64,000 nt of DNA from the human T2T-CHM13v2.0 reference genome, Homo sapiens. Below, piece after piece: positions 1-13,947 of this stretch. Each line of letters opens with the position of its first letter. Within the stretch, counting starts at the first letter, position 1. The stretch lies in NCBI RefSeq assembly GCF_009914755.1, contig NC_060937.1. One strand, given 5' to 3'. The notes below the pieces were generated by a model. That model ran no database searches and was not told the origin of the DNA. It worked only from the letters and a program-made list of their open reading frames with translations. Both the position numbers and the translations under genes were made by a program.

Positions 1-173
1 GTAGCTGGGATTATAGGCATGCACCACCACGCCTGGCTAAGTTTTGTATTTTTAGTAGAGATGGGATTTCACCATGTTGGCCAGGCTGGTCTTGAACTCC
101 TGATCTCCGGTTATCTGCCCACCTCTGCCTCCCAAAGTGTTGGGATTGCAGACATGAGCCACTGTGCCTGGCC
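1..173 (-). mobile_element. Alu (AluS-like), cut by the window edge
   Basis: Reverse-complement Alu: gtagctgggattataggc...tttttagtagagatggg...cccaaagtgttgggattgc...gcctggcc. Confidence 0.95.
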
Positions 174-191
174 AAATATTTATATTTCAGT

Positions 192-325
192 GAAAAATTA
201 GAGTTTATACTGCTTCAACAATGTACAGTTGTTAGAAAAAATTTGGAGTTTATACTGCTTAAGCAATGCACAGTTGTTAGAGAAAGTTTGGAATTTATAC
301 TGCTTAAGCGATGTACAGTTGTTAG
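192..325. repeat. Three-copy tandem repeat, 45-bp period
   Basis: ga(g/a)tttatactgctt...atg(t/c)acagttgttag recurs at 201, 246 and 291. Confidence 0.9.
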
Positions 326-607
326 GCAGACATCGGATAATATTTGCTTAACTTATTGGCCCAGAACAAAAGGCAGTAAATAAGTAAGGGAGCAGTTTGG
401 GGAAGAGGCTGTTATTGGCAGGGAATCCTAGGCAAGATCCAGGAAATATTGAAGTGGAAGAGACTATTAATGTTAAAATTAACCAGACATGTACTTACAG
501 CCATGGTTGTTTGTCCTAGGCGTTGCGCCTGGCACACTAATGCTGAACAAATGTAACCGACTATTAGTTATATTATTAATGAGCATTATCTATATATTTT
601 GAAAGAC

Positions 608-1042
608 TTTATTCATTTCCTAGAACTGCCATAACAAATATACACAAATAAGTTGGCTTAAAACAACAGAAATTTATTCTTTCATGATTCTGGAGGCAGA
701 AGTCTGAAATCCAGGTGTCTGTGGGGTTGGTTACTTCTGGAGGCTCTGAGGATGACTCTATTCCATGTTTCTCTTCAAGCTCTTCGTGGCTGGTGGCACT
801 TTTTGGTGTTCCTTATCTTGTAGACCCATGATTTCAATTTGTGCTGCTGTCTTCAAATTGCCGTTTCCTTTGTGTTTGTCTTTTCTTTTAATTATAAGGA
901 CACTTGTTACTGGATTTAGGGCCCACACAGTAATCCAGCATCATCTCGTCTCAAGATCCTCAATGTAATTACATGTGCAAAGACCTTTTTCCCACACACG
1001 GTCACATGTGTAGGCTTCAAGTGGACATATCTTTGTGCGTGG
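608..1042 (-). mobile_element. MaLR solo LTR (MLT1 family)
   Basis: tttcctagaactgccataacaaa...ttaaaacaacagaaatttattct...ctggaggcagaagtctgaaatc matches the reverse complement of the MLT1 3' end. Confidence 0.85.
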
Positions 1043-1167
1043 GGGTCACCAATCTACTACAGCCTCAAAATGTATTAAAGTCAGTTCTGAGTTTCTTAGG
1101 AAACTATGTCTAAAATATTTACTTAAATGAGAATGAGTTGAATCATTTATCAAAAATGCAAATTTCT

Positions 1168-1472
<305 letters not shown>

Positions 1473-2280
1473 CTATTTCCCAGATATCTGATTGAGTAGT
1501 TGAATGGCTAGTATGTGAGTATTCAGCAAGCACCACAGGTATTTCTGATATAGGTAATCCTTACATAAATTTTTGAGAAACATAGCAGACTAATATTTGA
1601 GGTGGCTGAATAAAATATTTTTCTCAAACTTCACTTTAGTAAAAGGAAAAGCACATCATATCTATATGAAATTATATTTTAATACTTTTCAAAAGGGATT
1701 TAAGAGGTTTTTAATTTTGAAAACTGATTAGTCAACCAAAATGTTGAGTAAATATTCATCAAAATAAACCATTTGAAAGATTATATTACAAAATTAATTA
1801 TTTTTCTTCCAATTCTTTTTTTTTTTTTTTGAGAAAGCAAAATAAAACTTGAAAGCATTTAGCAGTGACTGGGAAAGAAAAGGCAAATGCATTAGAGTAC
1901 AGAATTTGGGACTGTCTCTATTTTGCCTGTTTCCATTGGCTCCCATCATCATGCTTTTATTTCAGATCTTGTCCTGTATTTGGATCTTTCTCAGGGCCAG
2001 CCTTGTCCCATAAGCATGTGACTCCATTTCTACAGACTGAATAGTTCAAATATCAGAATTAAAGTCATTTAAAGGAACCTGGAGATTTCTTTATTTTTAG
2101 GAGTGGTTCAACGTGGTATATATGAAGGAAGCTGCATGTGTATTTGTGTATGTGTGCCTGTGCGTATGAGTATGCAGGTGTAGTATGATGTGTTTTAAAA
2201 GCAGATATTCTTATCTTTTGTTTAGATGTTCTCTACACTTAGTGTATTTCTAGGTCCTCCATGTTGCTAATTGAAAATGG

Positions 2281-2690
2281 TGTTTTTAACTAAAAAAAGG
2301 GGGATTAACACAGAGGTCAAAGGTTATAGCATTTCTGGGAAATAAATAATTGCAACTCAGGTACACTGAATCAGGGCAGCCCTGAATAGTGTTCTGTATG
2401 CCAAGCTCAGGAGAGGTTTTTTAATAGAGATTTCCACACAAGTTGTTTTCAGAAGCAGTTATTTGGCTGGGCAGAAATCTGAAATCACAAACCCATTCTG
2501 ATTGGTTAGTTAATTAGGATACTGCCAGCTGAGGGATATTGAAGGCTGGAGGATACAGACTTTAGTTGTTTGTCGAAGTCTGTTGGAACATTCTGTGGTT
2601 TGACCTTCAGCAGGGGTAACTGCAGTCCTCTCCCAATCTCCCAACTCCACTTTAGAAAGCCTTAGTCTTAGTTACTTAATTTTCTTTTGT
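2281..2690 (-). mobile_element. Probable old ERV-type LTR, family unassigned
   Basis: TG start and LTR-like composition (ctgattggtt CCAAT box, tttttaatag); no TSD found. Confidence 0.4.
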
Positions 2691-2704
2691 TCGGTTATAG
2701 GTGC

Positions 2705-3093
2705 TGATATGATTTGGCTCTGTGTCCCCACCCAAATCTCATCTTAAATTGTAATCCCCGCATGTGGCGGAACAGACCTGTAATCCCCACTTGTGGAGGG
2801 AGTGAGCTGATAGGATAATGGGGGCAGTTTCTCCCATGCTGTTCTTGTGACAGTGAGTGAGTTCTCACGAGATCTGATGGTTTTATAAGTGTTTGACAGC
2901 TTTTCCTTCACATGCTAACACACTCTCCTGCCACCTTGTGAAGAAGGTGCCTGCTTCCTCTTCTGCCATGATTGTACATTTCCTGAGGTCCCACTAGCCA
3001 TGTGGAAGTAGTTTACTTTATAAACCTCCTTTGTTTATAAATTACCCAGCCTCAGATAGTATGTTTATAGCACTGTGAGAATGGACTAATGCA
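2705..3093 (+). mobile_element. MaLR solo LTR (THE1D-like)
   Basis: tgatatgatttggctctgtgtccccacccaaatctcatct...tttataaattacccag...atggactaatgca; near-perfect 5-bp TSD ggtgc/gatgc. Confidence 0.93.
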
Positions 3094-3111
3094 GATGCCT
3101 ATTAATGCCTT

Positions 3112-3270
3112 GCTTCTCAAAGTGTGATCTATGACTGGCAGCATTGTCATGACATGGGAATTTATTAGAAATGCAGAATCTTTGCCCTCATCCAGAACTA
3201 CTGAATCTGAATCTATATTTTAGCTAACTTCCCTAAGGTATTCCTAGGCTCATTAAAGTTTGAGAACTGA
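3112..3270. mobile_element. MER5-like hAT-Charlie DNA transposon fossil
   Basis: cttctcaaagtgtg...ttagaaatgcagaatc...ctactgaatctgaatct...aagtttgagaact. Confidence 0.8.
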
Positions 3271-3629
3271 ACAAACTTATAAAATGCTTCAGTAGATCAG
3301 CAGTTGCTTTTAATATAGGAGGCAATCTTTATAAGGGTTTCTAGGATATGATCCTTAGTGTGCAGCTGGGTCTGTAGGAAGATTTATATCTACAAATTCC
3401 TGAGTTGTACATCACATTGCTAGGGAAAAAGTAGAGCTTTTATTGAAAAAAAAAAAGGCATGAAAGTTTAGTGTTTTTTTCTTGTATGAAGACGGGTCCT
3501 TAGAATTTTTCAAATATTTTGTCTTTAAAATTGTCTAGGTTTGTTAATGATCAATATAAATTGGAAGGCCACCAGTACTTATCTTAAAATAGGCTTTCCA
3601 TAGCAAATCATGTACCATATGTTATTTCT

Positions 3630-3933
3630 TTTTCTTTCTTTCTTTTTTTTTTTTTTCAGAAGGAGTCTCTCTCTGTCGCTGGAGTGCAGTGGTGCAATCT
3701 GAGCTCACTGCAACCTCCACCCCCAGGGTTGTAACAATTCTTCTACCTCAGCCTCCTGAGTAGCTGGGATTACAGGTGTCTGCCATCACACCCAACTAAT
3801 TTTATTGTATTTGTAGTAGAAACAGGGTTTTACCATGCTGGCCAGGCTGGTCTTAAACTCTTGACTTCAGGTGATCCACCTGCCTCAGCCTCTCAAAGTG
3901 TCGGGATCAGAGGCATGAGCTACTGCTCCTGGC
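3630..3933 (-). mobile_element. Alu (AluS-like)
   Basis: Poly-T then reverse Alu body; flanking repeat tgttat(t/c)tcttttt at 3620 and 3934. Confidence 0.95.
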
Positions 3934-4495
3934 TGTTATCTCTTTTTTAATGTAAGATGTGTCCATGAAGTGTTATAACATGTAAAATACACACTGTAAA
4001 CTGTATTAAAAATTAGTACAGTTGAAAGCTGAGGCAAGATAGAAAGAAATTGAACAACAGACCAAGGAGATATAAAATTTTAGGATATGAAAGTGTCACT
4101 TGAAATTAGTGAGGAAAGATATTTTGTTCAATAAATGATATTGGGCCACCTATCTAAACATTTATGAAAAAGTGGATTTTTAAAATATCATACCCAAGAT
4201 AAGTTCTAGGTCAGTGTTTCTAAATATTGTTTTTGTCATTGGCTGCAACAAGTCATATAAAATATATATGTTTCTCCTAATTCATCCTCTCTCTCTGTAA
4301 TTTTAAAAATACAGATATACTCTACATCAGTTTCTGTACTATGGCCCTTTGGAGCGTCGTTAACAATTTTAATATATAACATTTTTGTTCTCCCTAGCCT
4401 CAACAATTTTGCCCCATTGGAGGTGGTATAACCCCCAATGAGAATGCATGTTCAAGAATCTAGAAGAAGTAGAGTTTTAAATGTAACAAAATAAT

Positions 4496-4866
4496 TGCTA
4501 TAATTTGAATGATGGCATCCTTTCCAAAATTCGTATTGTAGCTTAATCCTCATTTTGGTAGTATTACGAGGTGAGGCCTGTTGGGAAGTGATTAAGTCAA
4601 GAGTACCTCTCCCTTCATGAATGGATTAGTGCCTTGTAAAATGGCTAAAGGGAGCTAGCTTAGGCCAATTTTCCTTCTACCTTGCACTATGTGAGGACAC
4701 CTTGACAGTGCCTTCTATAAGGAATGGGTCCTCAGGAGACACTGAACCAGCTGGCTTCTTGATCTTGAACTTCCCCGCCTTCAGAAATGTGAGAAATAAG
4801 TTTCTGTTTTTTATAAATTACCCATTCTCATGTATTTTGTTACAGCAGGACAAATGGACGAAGATA
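4496..4866 (+). mobile_element. MaLR solo LTR (MLT1A/MST-like)
   Basis: tgctataatttgaat...ttgatcttgaacttcccc...ttataaattaccca...ttgttacagcag; 5-bp TSD ataat at 4491 and 4867. Confidence 0.88.
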
Positions 4867-5154
4867 ATAATGAAAGAATAAGATAACAATTTAAGTGAAG
4901 GTTTGTAATTTTAGAGTGATTAAGTCCCTTCGGAAAAAATGATTAAACAGAAAATGCATAAAAGATATACTCATATATTAAGCTACATATTTTGAAAATC
5001 TATTGAACTATAAAAGTCGCCATAAACAAACTTTTAAAATTTTGTGTCTATGTCCATCCCGACAAATAGACATCAGAAAGTTAATGTTTTTTTCTTATTG
5101 AGATTATGCATTTAAAAATTTTCAGACATGCATTTTCCACAGTGAGCATCACAA

Positions 5155-5371
5155 CAGGTTGAACATCCCAGATCCAAAAATCCAAAATCCAAAATTCTCC
5201 TAAATCTGAAACTTTTTGAGCACTAACATGACATTCAAAGGAAATGTTCCTTGGCATATTTTGGATTTTGAAGTTTTGGATTTGAGATGCTCAACTGGTA
5301 TATCTGAAAAAAGGTTCAAATTCCCAAAGCACTTGTGTTCCAAAGGATTTTGGTTAGGGATACTCAACCTG
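5155..5371. mobile_element. MER46/Tigger4-like TcMar non-autonomous DNA transposon
   Basis: Terminal inverted repeats caggttgaacatccc / gggatactcaacctg followed by TA; internal atccaaaa repeats. Confidence 0.88.
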
Positions 5372-6392
5372 TATTATACTTAGAAAATATTTAAAATTAT
5401 AGCTTTTTAATGGGTGCCTATGATTATGTTATTTAATCCACTTACCTATCTTACAAGGATCTTGCTATATTTTCCACTAGATATTTGAGAATATATGCTT
5501 TCGAGCAATTACCCAAATTCCTTTAGTTAGTAAATGTTAGAGCTTGAATTTGAATCTCAGAATCCAAGTGTTTAAAGTTCCTGTAATGTATGATTTTTCT
5601 CTGTGCTATGTTTTAAAAATTAGAGCCATCGGTGATTTCCAAACTCATCAACCAAAATTTTGTAATTGTTTTGCTTCTAATTTAGATGTAGTTTGATTGG
5701 CCCATTGATGGGATGCATACACTTTATAAACTTGGGACTCAGAATTTTGGGAAAGTCAAGTTTCTTAGTCAAATTGTCTTAATTAGAAAAGTACATAACT
5801 CTTTAATTAGTTTCTTTTATGCATAAAGTCAATAATCTATTAAAAATCATAGCTTGCCTCAGTAGTTTTTTGTTTTCCTGGTTGATTTCTGCTGTATCTC
5901 CCTTGTCTGATAGTTCAGTCTGTATGCAGTATTCAAAATTCTTGTTGTATTTGGCTTTATTTTTAATGCTTCTGGTCTTTGCACTCCTCACAGATAAATA
6001 TTTTATACAACATTAATGGTCCTTCTTGTATAGTAAGTCAGAGTTTATTTTACCTCCAGAGTCAATATCAACTTTTAATTAATAATTTGTATGCAAGTAT
6101 AAGTAATGCCTTTCTCCTGTATTTGGAGATAAACATTTCTGATTTTAACTCTTTGCTAATTCCTTGAAATGTTTCAGATAGAGGAAAAATGATTTTTTAG
6201 AATCTTTTCTGTTTTGTCCACTTGCTGAGAAATGGGAAGGGGAAAAGATCTGGTCATTAACAGAGAATGTACTGCATATTTTTTGTTTTCATCCTATTTT
6301 AAACTTTTTGTCTTGCCAAGTAAGGATGCCTCAAACTGACAAGCACAGTAACAATTATGAAAATTTTATGTGTAAAAATATATATTGTGAGT

Positions 6393-6611
6393 AGGTCAGG
6401 AGTTCAAGACCAGCCTGGCCAACATGGTGAAACCCCATCTCCACTAAAAATACAAAAAAGTAGCTGGGTGTGGTGGCACACACCTGTAGTCCTAGCTACT
6501 CAGGAGGCTGAGGCAGGAGAATCACTTGAGCCCAGGAGGTGGAAATTGCAGTGAGCCAAGATGGTGCCCCTTCACTCCAGCCTACATGACAGAGCAAGAC
6601 TCTGTCTCAAA
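6393..6611 (+). mobile_element. 5'-truncated Alu (AluS-like)
   Basis: aggtcaggagttcaagaccagcctggccaacatggtgaaacccc...gactctgtctcaa. Confidence 0.93.
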
Positions 6612-7182
6612 TATATATATATGTATATATACACACATATACATGTGTATGTGTATATACACACACATATACGTGTGTGTATATATACACACACATACGT
6701 GTGTGTATATATACACATATACGTGTGTGTATATACACATATACGTGTGTGTATATATACACACATATACGTGTGTATATACACATATTGTATATATACA
6801 CATATTGTATATATACACACATGTATATACATATACACACGTATATGTATATATGTGTATATATGTATATATGTGTATATGTGTATATATGCATATATGC
6901 ATCTACGTGTGTATATATGTGTATATACACACATATGTATATATACATGTATATACACACATATGTATATGTACATGTGTGTGTATATACACACATGTAT
7001 ATATACGTGTGTATATACACATATGTATATATACGTGTGTATACACACACATATGTATATATACGTGTGTATATACACATATGTATATATACGTGTATAT
7101 ATATACACATATGTATATACATGTGTATATATATACACATATGTATATACATGTGTATATATGTATGTGTATATGTGTATAT
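6611..7182. repeat. Complex (TA/CA/TG)n alternating purine-pyrimidine tract, about 570 bp
   Basis: Nearly uninterrupted RY alternation with recurring about 28-34 bp units such as atatacacatatgtatatatacgtgtgt. Confidence 0.97.
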
Positions 7183-7227
7183 TTCACTATAAAGTAGAAT
7201 AAAATAACTTCGAGTTAAAGGACAGTC

Positions 7228-7647
7228 TGTATCTGTTCGTTTTGTGTTGTTACAAGGGAATATCTGAGACAGGGTGATCTATAAAGAAAAAAGGTTTATT
7301 TGCTTCACAGCTCTGCAGACTATAAGAAGTGTAGTGCCAGCATCTGCTTCTGGTGTGGCCTCAGGAAGCTTATAATCATGGCTGACAGCAAAGGGGGAGC
7401 CATTGTATCACATGGTGAGAGAGAGTGAGCAAGAGAGGGGAGGAGGTGCCAGGCTCTTTAAACAACCAGCTCTCAGATGAACTAACAGAGCAAGAATGAA
7501 ATCATGACCATGGGGAGGGAGGGCACCAAGCTATTCACGAGGGATCTGCCCCCATGACTCAACACCATCCACTAGGCCTCACCTCAAACATTGAGGGGTC
7601 ACATTTCAACATGAGATTTGGAGTGGACAAACCTTCAAACCATATCA
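7228..7647 (-). mobile_element. MaLR solo LTR (MSTB-like)
   Basis: tgtatctgttcg...cagcatctgcttctggtg...acatttcaacatgagatttgg...aaaccatatca; perfect TSD cagtc at 7223 and 7648. Confidence 0.93.
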
Positions 7648-10600
7648 CAGTCCTTCCCAAAAAAAGATAGTCATAACCTTATACCAGCAGAAATTTTACT
7701 TCTAACACAAAGTTTAAATATTCAACCTATTCTAATTCTTATGGTGTGCTTATTTCCTGATCCTTTTGTCAATCTGGGACTTACATTCACTCCCAATTAT
7801 TTGTTTTTATTATAATTGTCCCAAATCCATGGTCACAAAGGCATACCGGAGAAAAGGAAAGCAACTTTTAATACAGTTCCCCTCAATTCAGAACATTCTG
7901 GCAATACTGAGAGAAGTTGAACAATGGCCCCTGTTACTTTGATTCTTCAGTGATCTCCTGATGTTCTGGGAAGAAATGGGTGCTGGCAAGCCAGGTTGCT
8001 GTAACGAGTTGGGCAAAGTTTTACACAATTCAGGTCCAGGGAAGCACAACTTGGTTCCTCGTTTCCAAGGCAGAGCTGTCACGAATTCATCTGGCAATCA
8101 TGAAGTAGACTCATAGACAGGCTCCTTTGTTTGTTGGCTCACTTACAAATCAGTGGTGCAAGCACATTTGCCTGGGTCACATTTAATCTCCTTACGACAG
8201 CTACTTTTAAGTGTTTTAGTATGGCATACGCATACATGCAACTTGCTGAGAATCGATCATTTCTTGTGTAGTCATTACGCTAATTCAGAGATGACTGCTG
8301 TCAAGATTTTTTAAAGCTTACTTTCTGATCCTATGCGTATTACAAAGTAATGAAGCTGAATATCTTTAGAGGTAGTCATTATTTTCATTTAAAAATGTAT
8401 TTAATGAGTCATCACTATGTGAAATGCCTCTTAAGAGCTCAAACTATAGCTTATATTCAGTATAACACTGATACCCTTTACTCTCAAATATTTGACCCTA
8501 TAAAATTGTTTTAAACCTGTAAATTTTATATTGATAATTTTTTCTAGTACCAGTATCTAATTTATTTCCTAATTATGTATTATACAAACATATTAAAAGC
8601 ATTTTACAGTCTTGGACACTAAGCAATATGGAGGTAAGACTTGGTTGAAGATAATCTAAAGAGATAAATGTGGAGAGATAAAATTAAAATGAACTCTGAT
8701 AAGAGAGTAAGTGCTTCAACAAAAATGAAAATTTATCCCTCTTCAAAGTTTTATCGTATATATATGTATATGTATGTGTGTGCACACCTATGTGTATATG
8801 TCTATCTATGTCTATACCTGTATCTATTTCTAGTTTGTCACTACATCCTGCCACTTGGTTTATTATCTCTAGTAAATAGTTAAGAGAGCCTCAAAATTTG
8901 TAGAAAAAAGATGACATTTATCACCAAGGGTAATTATTTACCATATTCTTTTTTTGTGGTAAAATTGCTAACTATGATGTAAATGTAGAATGTCCAAACA
9001 TTTGTATACAAGTTGAATACAGTTAGAGCTACATTCTGATTTGCCATTTTGGTTTCTGGAACTTGTTTGACCTAAATAGCTAAGAATAAAATACTGGGAA
9101 TAGGGAGATTTGGTTTCTAGTCTCTGATGAGCTGTGTAATTTTAGATAAGCCACTTAAACCAAAGACTTAAACTTTAGTCTTTGGTTTCCATGTTGTAAG
9201 ATAAGATATGATTTAAAGTCTAACATACTTTGTAATTCCAAGAGTCCACGAGGTAGAAGAGAGTCAGGTGCTTCAAGCAAGTACAAGTATCAGAATCAGA
9301 TGAGACAGTAACAGAAATCCTGGAGACACAGTTTTCTGGAGTTTGATTCTACCAGGTCAACAATAGGAACAATAAGGGACCGACAGAACAAGCATTGACA
9401 TTAAAAGTCTTTAGGAAAAAATATGAATTAATATGCAATCAGAAAGGAGTCCATTTGTATATCAGAAATCACATGAAAAATATTAGAAAGTTATAGAGTT
9501 GCTGGCAAGATGAAGTACACTATATATGCATGCCTAGCGTGTGCCAAGTACTGAGGTGGTCATCACTTGATTTTATTTTACCTCTCAATTGCCATGAAAG
9601 TAAAGGGATTTTTCCCTAAAACATGAATTACCTATACATGAAGATTAAGTGATTGAGTCTCTGGTGATTAAGTGATTGCCTTATATCACATTAAGTTAGA
9701 ACTTGGACTCTGTCCATGTTCTAATACTCCTAATGATTAGTTACAACACTGGTTGCCAAACCTAGTTGATCGTTAGAGTTCTGTAGGTTCAGTTTAAAAT
9801 ACAGATGGCTAGGAATCATCCTAGAGTACTAGAATAAAAACTCTGGGCATGATGCCATGGAATGTTTTGTAAGAGAGTTCTCCAATATAATGCCTCCTTG
9901 AGAAAGATGGTGATCAAAAATCCATGCAGGCAAGAAAAAGGTCTGAAGAGTAGTGACTGCATGTACCACATTCTATAATATTTGACTATTGAGGCAGTTT
10001 TCTGCCACTTCTGAAGTTTTAGTTTCTGTGTCTATTCTAGTTCTATCCATCTCAAATCCTATAACCTATTTTACTACATTGAATTTGTTGTTGAGTGTTC
10101 AAATACTGAAAGATAAAAATAGTTTCATTTTCTTTCTTGGAACAAAGTCTTAAATTATAGTATAAAATGGTCAAGTTTTAAAGAAAATTGCATTTATTGA
10201 AATAAATGAAATGTTAACCCCACGTGAGTCAGATGTATTTGTTCTATGAATTGAAGCTTATTGCTAATTGATACTTTGAAAAGTCCTAGTATTATCCACT
10301 TAAAGGTAGGGTATATTGAAAATGCATTTTAACAGGATGTATTTGCAACTGGAAAATAGAGATGTTGAGAATAACAGAGCTATACAAGAAAGTATTACCC
10401 TTTAGCTAGCATATAATCTTTTATTCCTAGGGAGAACACGCTATTTTATATGCATGTTAAAACTGTACCCACTGGCAGAAAAGTTTTACTGATGCTGTAT
10501 GACGTTTAATTCAATAGCCTGCAGCTTTTTTGTTCCTCTGTGTATGTTAATTAGAAATTTCTTTAAAACTTTTTTAGTTTTAATGAAATACAATGTATAT

Positions 10601-10959
10601 GAGACCAATTGGGTGGCTACAAGATGAGAAAATTGAGTCTTTTTCCCATTGCTAATAATTTAAGTAAAGCGGCTATTTTCTTTAGGAGTATACTTATAAG
10701 TAACCATACATTTAAAAAACTTTTTATACTATACCAATTATGTTTTTAATGCCTTCTAGTTGCCACGTTACTTTCAGTGTCAAAGAATTCTAAAAAATAA
10801 AGAGAATACAAACAGAAAAGTATTAGGTAAGAATATATTAGATGTCAATAATACAGTAATTTTGGCAACATTTATTTAGCATGAAAACCGATAATGTCAG
10901 AATATGAAAGAAGTAGTAGGTAGAACTGTCCTGAATATTGTCAGTCATAGCAGTGTAGG

Positions 10960-11285
10960 ATGGAGATTACCAGAGGCTGAAGGATGGGAACATTGGGCAG
11001 ACAGATGTTGGTCAAAAGGTACAAAATTTCAGTTAGGCAGGAGGAATAAATTCAAGAGATCTATCTTATATCAAGGTAGCTATGACTAATAGCAATGTAT
11101 TGTATGCTTGAAAATTGCCGAGGGTAGATTTTAAGTGTTCTTATCACAAAAAAAATGATTAATACATATGTTAATTAGTTTAATTTAGCCAATACACAAT
11201 GTGTATATATATATATATATATTGAAATCTGTTGTACACCACAAATATATATAATTTTACTTAGTAGTTAGAAATAAATAAAAAA
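10960..11285 (+). mobile_element. Old L1 3' end (L1MA-like)
   Basis: ttaccagaggctg...aaaatttcagttaggcaggaggaataaattcaagagatct...gtagattttaagtgttct, ending in an A-rich tail. Confidence 0.85.
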
Positions 11286-12722
11286 TTATGTAGGCAAAGT
11301 CAGAGGCAATAAATGGACAGCAAAAAATAAACACAACTAAAACAACTTAAAGTAAGTATATTGGGAAAAATATACATTGCATCAGGAGATTCCTAACGGG
11401 TAACAGTACCCAGTGTTGAAGTGTTTGAGGAAACTTTTTAGTTTACAAAGGTGTTTGCCAAATTAGTGTAACCACAGGGTGTGTTAACACATGCAGAGAT
11501 TAGCAGCATCAGGACCACGCTGCCCCTCCTGATGCCAGGGAAAGAGATGTGTTTCCAGAGCCTGATGAGAGCTGCAACAATGGAAAGGGGCCCTTCTGCC
11601 AGCAACTGTTATCTTAAAGGCATATGGCTAAGTCAGAATATCACAAAAGCAGGGAGGAAGCAGAAATCTCCTGTCATCGCCTCCTGCTGGCCAAACTCAG
11701 CTGAAGCCACCAACTAAAACAAAGTTCTGTATGCTGAATTCACATAAAACTCTTAATGTCACACTTAGCAGATTCAGTTGATTGCTTACAATATTTAGCT
11801 TCTGGTTCATCTGTAAAAAAAAAAAATTTGTATGTGAAAAGGCAGAAATACTTCACATGTTTTCCTTCTTTTCTTGTATCAGAATTTTTGCATTAGTTCT
11901 GTATTTGACCTTCTCTCTACTCCTTACTCATTTTTGCATAAGAGCTCTACTGCCCAGGCTTGAGGTTTTCCTAAAATACTGTGAACAGATTATTGGTTCT
12001 TCCTGTCTCCCTAGGCACTATATGGATTCTCCTGCCATAAATTGACTGAAGGGTTGGATGATTGTGGACTTCCTTTTAGCCGCTTAGCTGTCAGGTGGGA
12101 ATTGTGGAAGTAGTTGGGTCTTTGGGAAATTCAACTTGGGAAATGTGGTTAATTTTCTGTATATATTTCTTGAAATGGTGCCAGTGAAGCTGAGCTCAGC
12201 TAGCTAAGGAGTTAAAATATAATATCGCAGTGGGGAGAGCTATTTGAATTATACATTGGTCTTTCCACCACTTTTCTACCTTCCAGAGACTCAGTAATGC
12301 CTTGGCTACTTTGGAAAGAAGTCCCCTTGCAGAAGAGCCCTAGGGTCTGTGGACTTTGTCTTTGGTGCATTATTAATATGTTCTTCTACGCTGCTACCTT
12401 CCCTGACTGTTGTTGATGCCTTCCTATGCAGTTGGCTCCTCACCTATTGTTGACTTTCTTCCTCCATGTAATGTGCCAGAACATTCACATTGCATGTTTT
12501 CCTTACTGTGGCAAGCTTCTGTCATAATTATGAAACTTGGTCATAAAGAAAAAAATGGCACTCTAAGGGCTGTGAGCTTCTTCTTCTAAACGTTTGTTAC
12601 TATGGACTTCTCAAAAAGTTGTTGATTTAAGGTTGGAAATACAGCTCTAAAATGGGCATTCCTTGTCTTTTTCATAGTCTCCTGACACCTCTTACCCTTA
12701 TACCAATATATTGGTGGCTATA

Positions 12723-13281
12723 TGTGGTGGTTTAAAATATGTCCACAGATTCTTTGACATTCCTTTCGAAAGATGGAACCTAATTCCTTCTCCCTTAAGT
12801 ATGAGCTGGACTTAGTAACTTGCTTCTAATAAATAGAATAAGGCAGAAATGATAGTGTGTGATTTCTGTGGCTAGGCCATGAAAGATATTGTAGTTTCAG
12901 CCTTCCTCTCTCATCTTGGGTCACTGTCTCTGAGGAAAGCCAGCTGCCATGTTGTAAGGATGCTCAAGCAGTGACATGAAGGGTTCATGTATCCAGGGAC
13001 CAAAGCTTCCTGCCCACAGCAGCAAGGAACTGAGGCCTTCTGCCAACAGCCATGCAAGTGAGCCTTCTTGGAAGCAGATCCTTCAGCTCCAGTGAAGGCT
13101 TCAAATGATAGCTCTCCTGGCTTGTCTTAAATGCAACCTCATGAGAGACCCTAGTCTAGAACCATGTAGCAAAACTGCTCCCAAATTCCTGATCCACAAA
13201 AGCTGTGAGATAATATATATTCATTGCTTTAAGCAGATAGCTTTCAGGTAATGTCTTATGCAGCACTAGGTTAGTAAATCA
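12723..13281 (+). mobile_element. MaLR solo LTR (MLT1F-like)
   Basis: tgtggtggtttaaaatatgtccac...gaaagccagctgccatgttg...ctcccaaattcctgatccaca...gctgtgagataat. Confidence 0.88.
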
Positions 13282-13645
13282 CTGTTCATGTTTTTTCTTC
13301 CAGAATTTACTACCCCCTTTGTCATTTTAGCACCCTCTCATAGAAGAGAGTTATTGGTAATTTCCCAGGATGTTCTTGAAGAGAAGTTTGATTCAAATTT
13401 CAATGTGTTCTCCAAATCTGATAGTATGACCCTAATGCAGTCCCTGTGTTTTAGGATGATGAAATTTTCATCTATAATCGCCTTTCATTTTTTTAAATTT
13501 TCATTTGTTTCTAGAAGGAAAAATGTGTAGTCTGGTCTTTACTGTGATTTTTGATTCATATATATATATATATATTATGCTAATGCTTGATATCCACTTT
13601 TAAAATATTTTCAAAGTAGTAAGTAATTAACGAATGTAAATTTTA

Positions 13646-13947
13646 GGCCGGGTGCGGTGGCTCGTGCCTGTAATCCTAACACTTTGGGAGGCTGAGGCAG
13701 GTGGATTGCTTGAGCTCAGGAGTTTGAGACCAGCCTGGGTAACATTGTGAAAACCGGTCTCTATAAAAACATAAAAAAATTAGCTGGGAGTGGTGGCATG
13801 TGCCTGTAGTCCCAGTCACTTGGAGGCTGAGGTGGGAGGATTGCTTGAGCCCAGGAGGCAAAAGTTGCAGTGAGCCGAGATCACACCAGTGCACTCCAGC
13901 CTGGGTGACAAAACGAAACCCTGTCTCTAAATAAATAAACAAATTAA
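13646..13947 (+). mobile_element. Alu (AluJ-like)
   Basis: ggattgcttgagc in both arms; TSD taaatttta at 13637 and 13948. Confidence 0.95.

Noticed and set aside
192-325. CRISPR-like appearance of regularly spaced repeats
   Set aside because: The whole 45-bp unit repeats with no unique spacers, there are no cas genes, and the context is primate DNA.
5803-6016. Protein-like short ORFs on both strands
   Set aside because: No recognisable homology or convincing splice sites; may be decayed LINE sequence.
6526-7202. Overlapping 94-223 aa ORFs rich in Y, I, H, T, C, V
   Set aside because: They are translations of the RY microsatellite, which lacks stop codons in most frames.
13288-13350. Strong acceptor ttttttcttccag with a downstream gtaatt
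   Set aside because: Weak donor, stops in two frames and no supporting exon chain; such motifs are common by chance.
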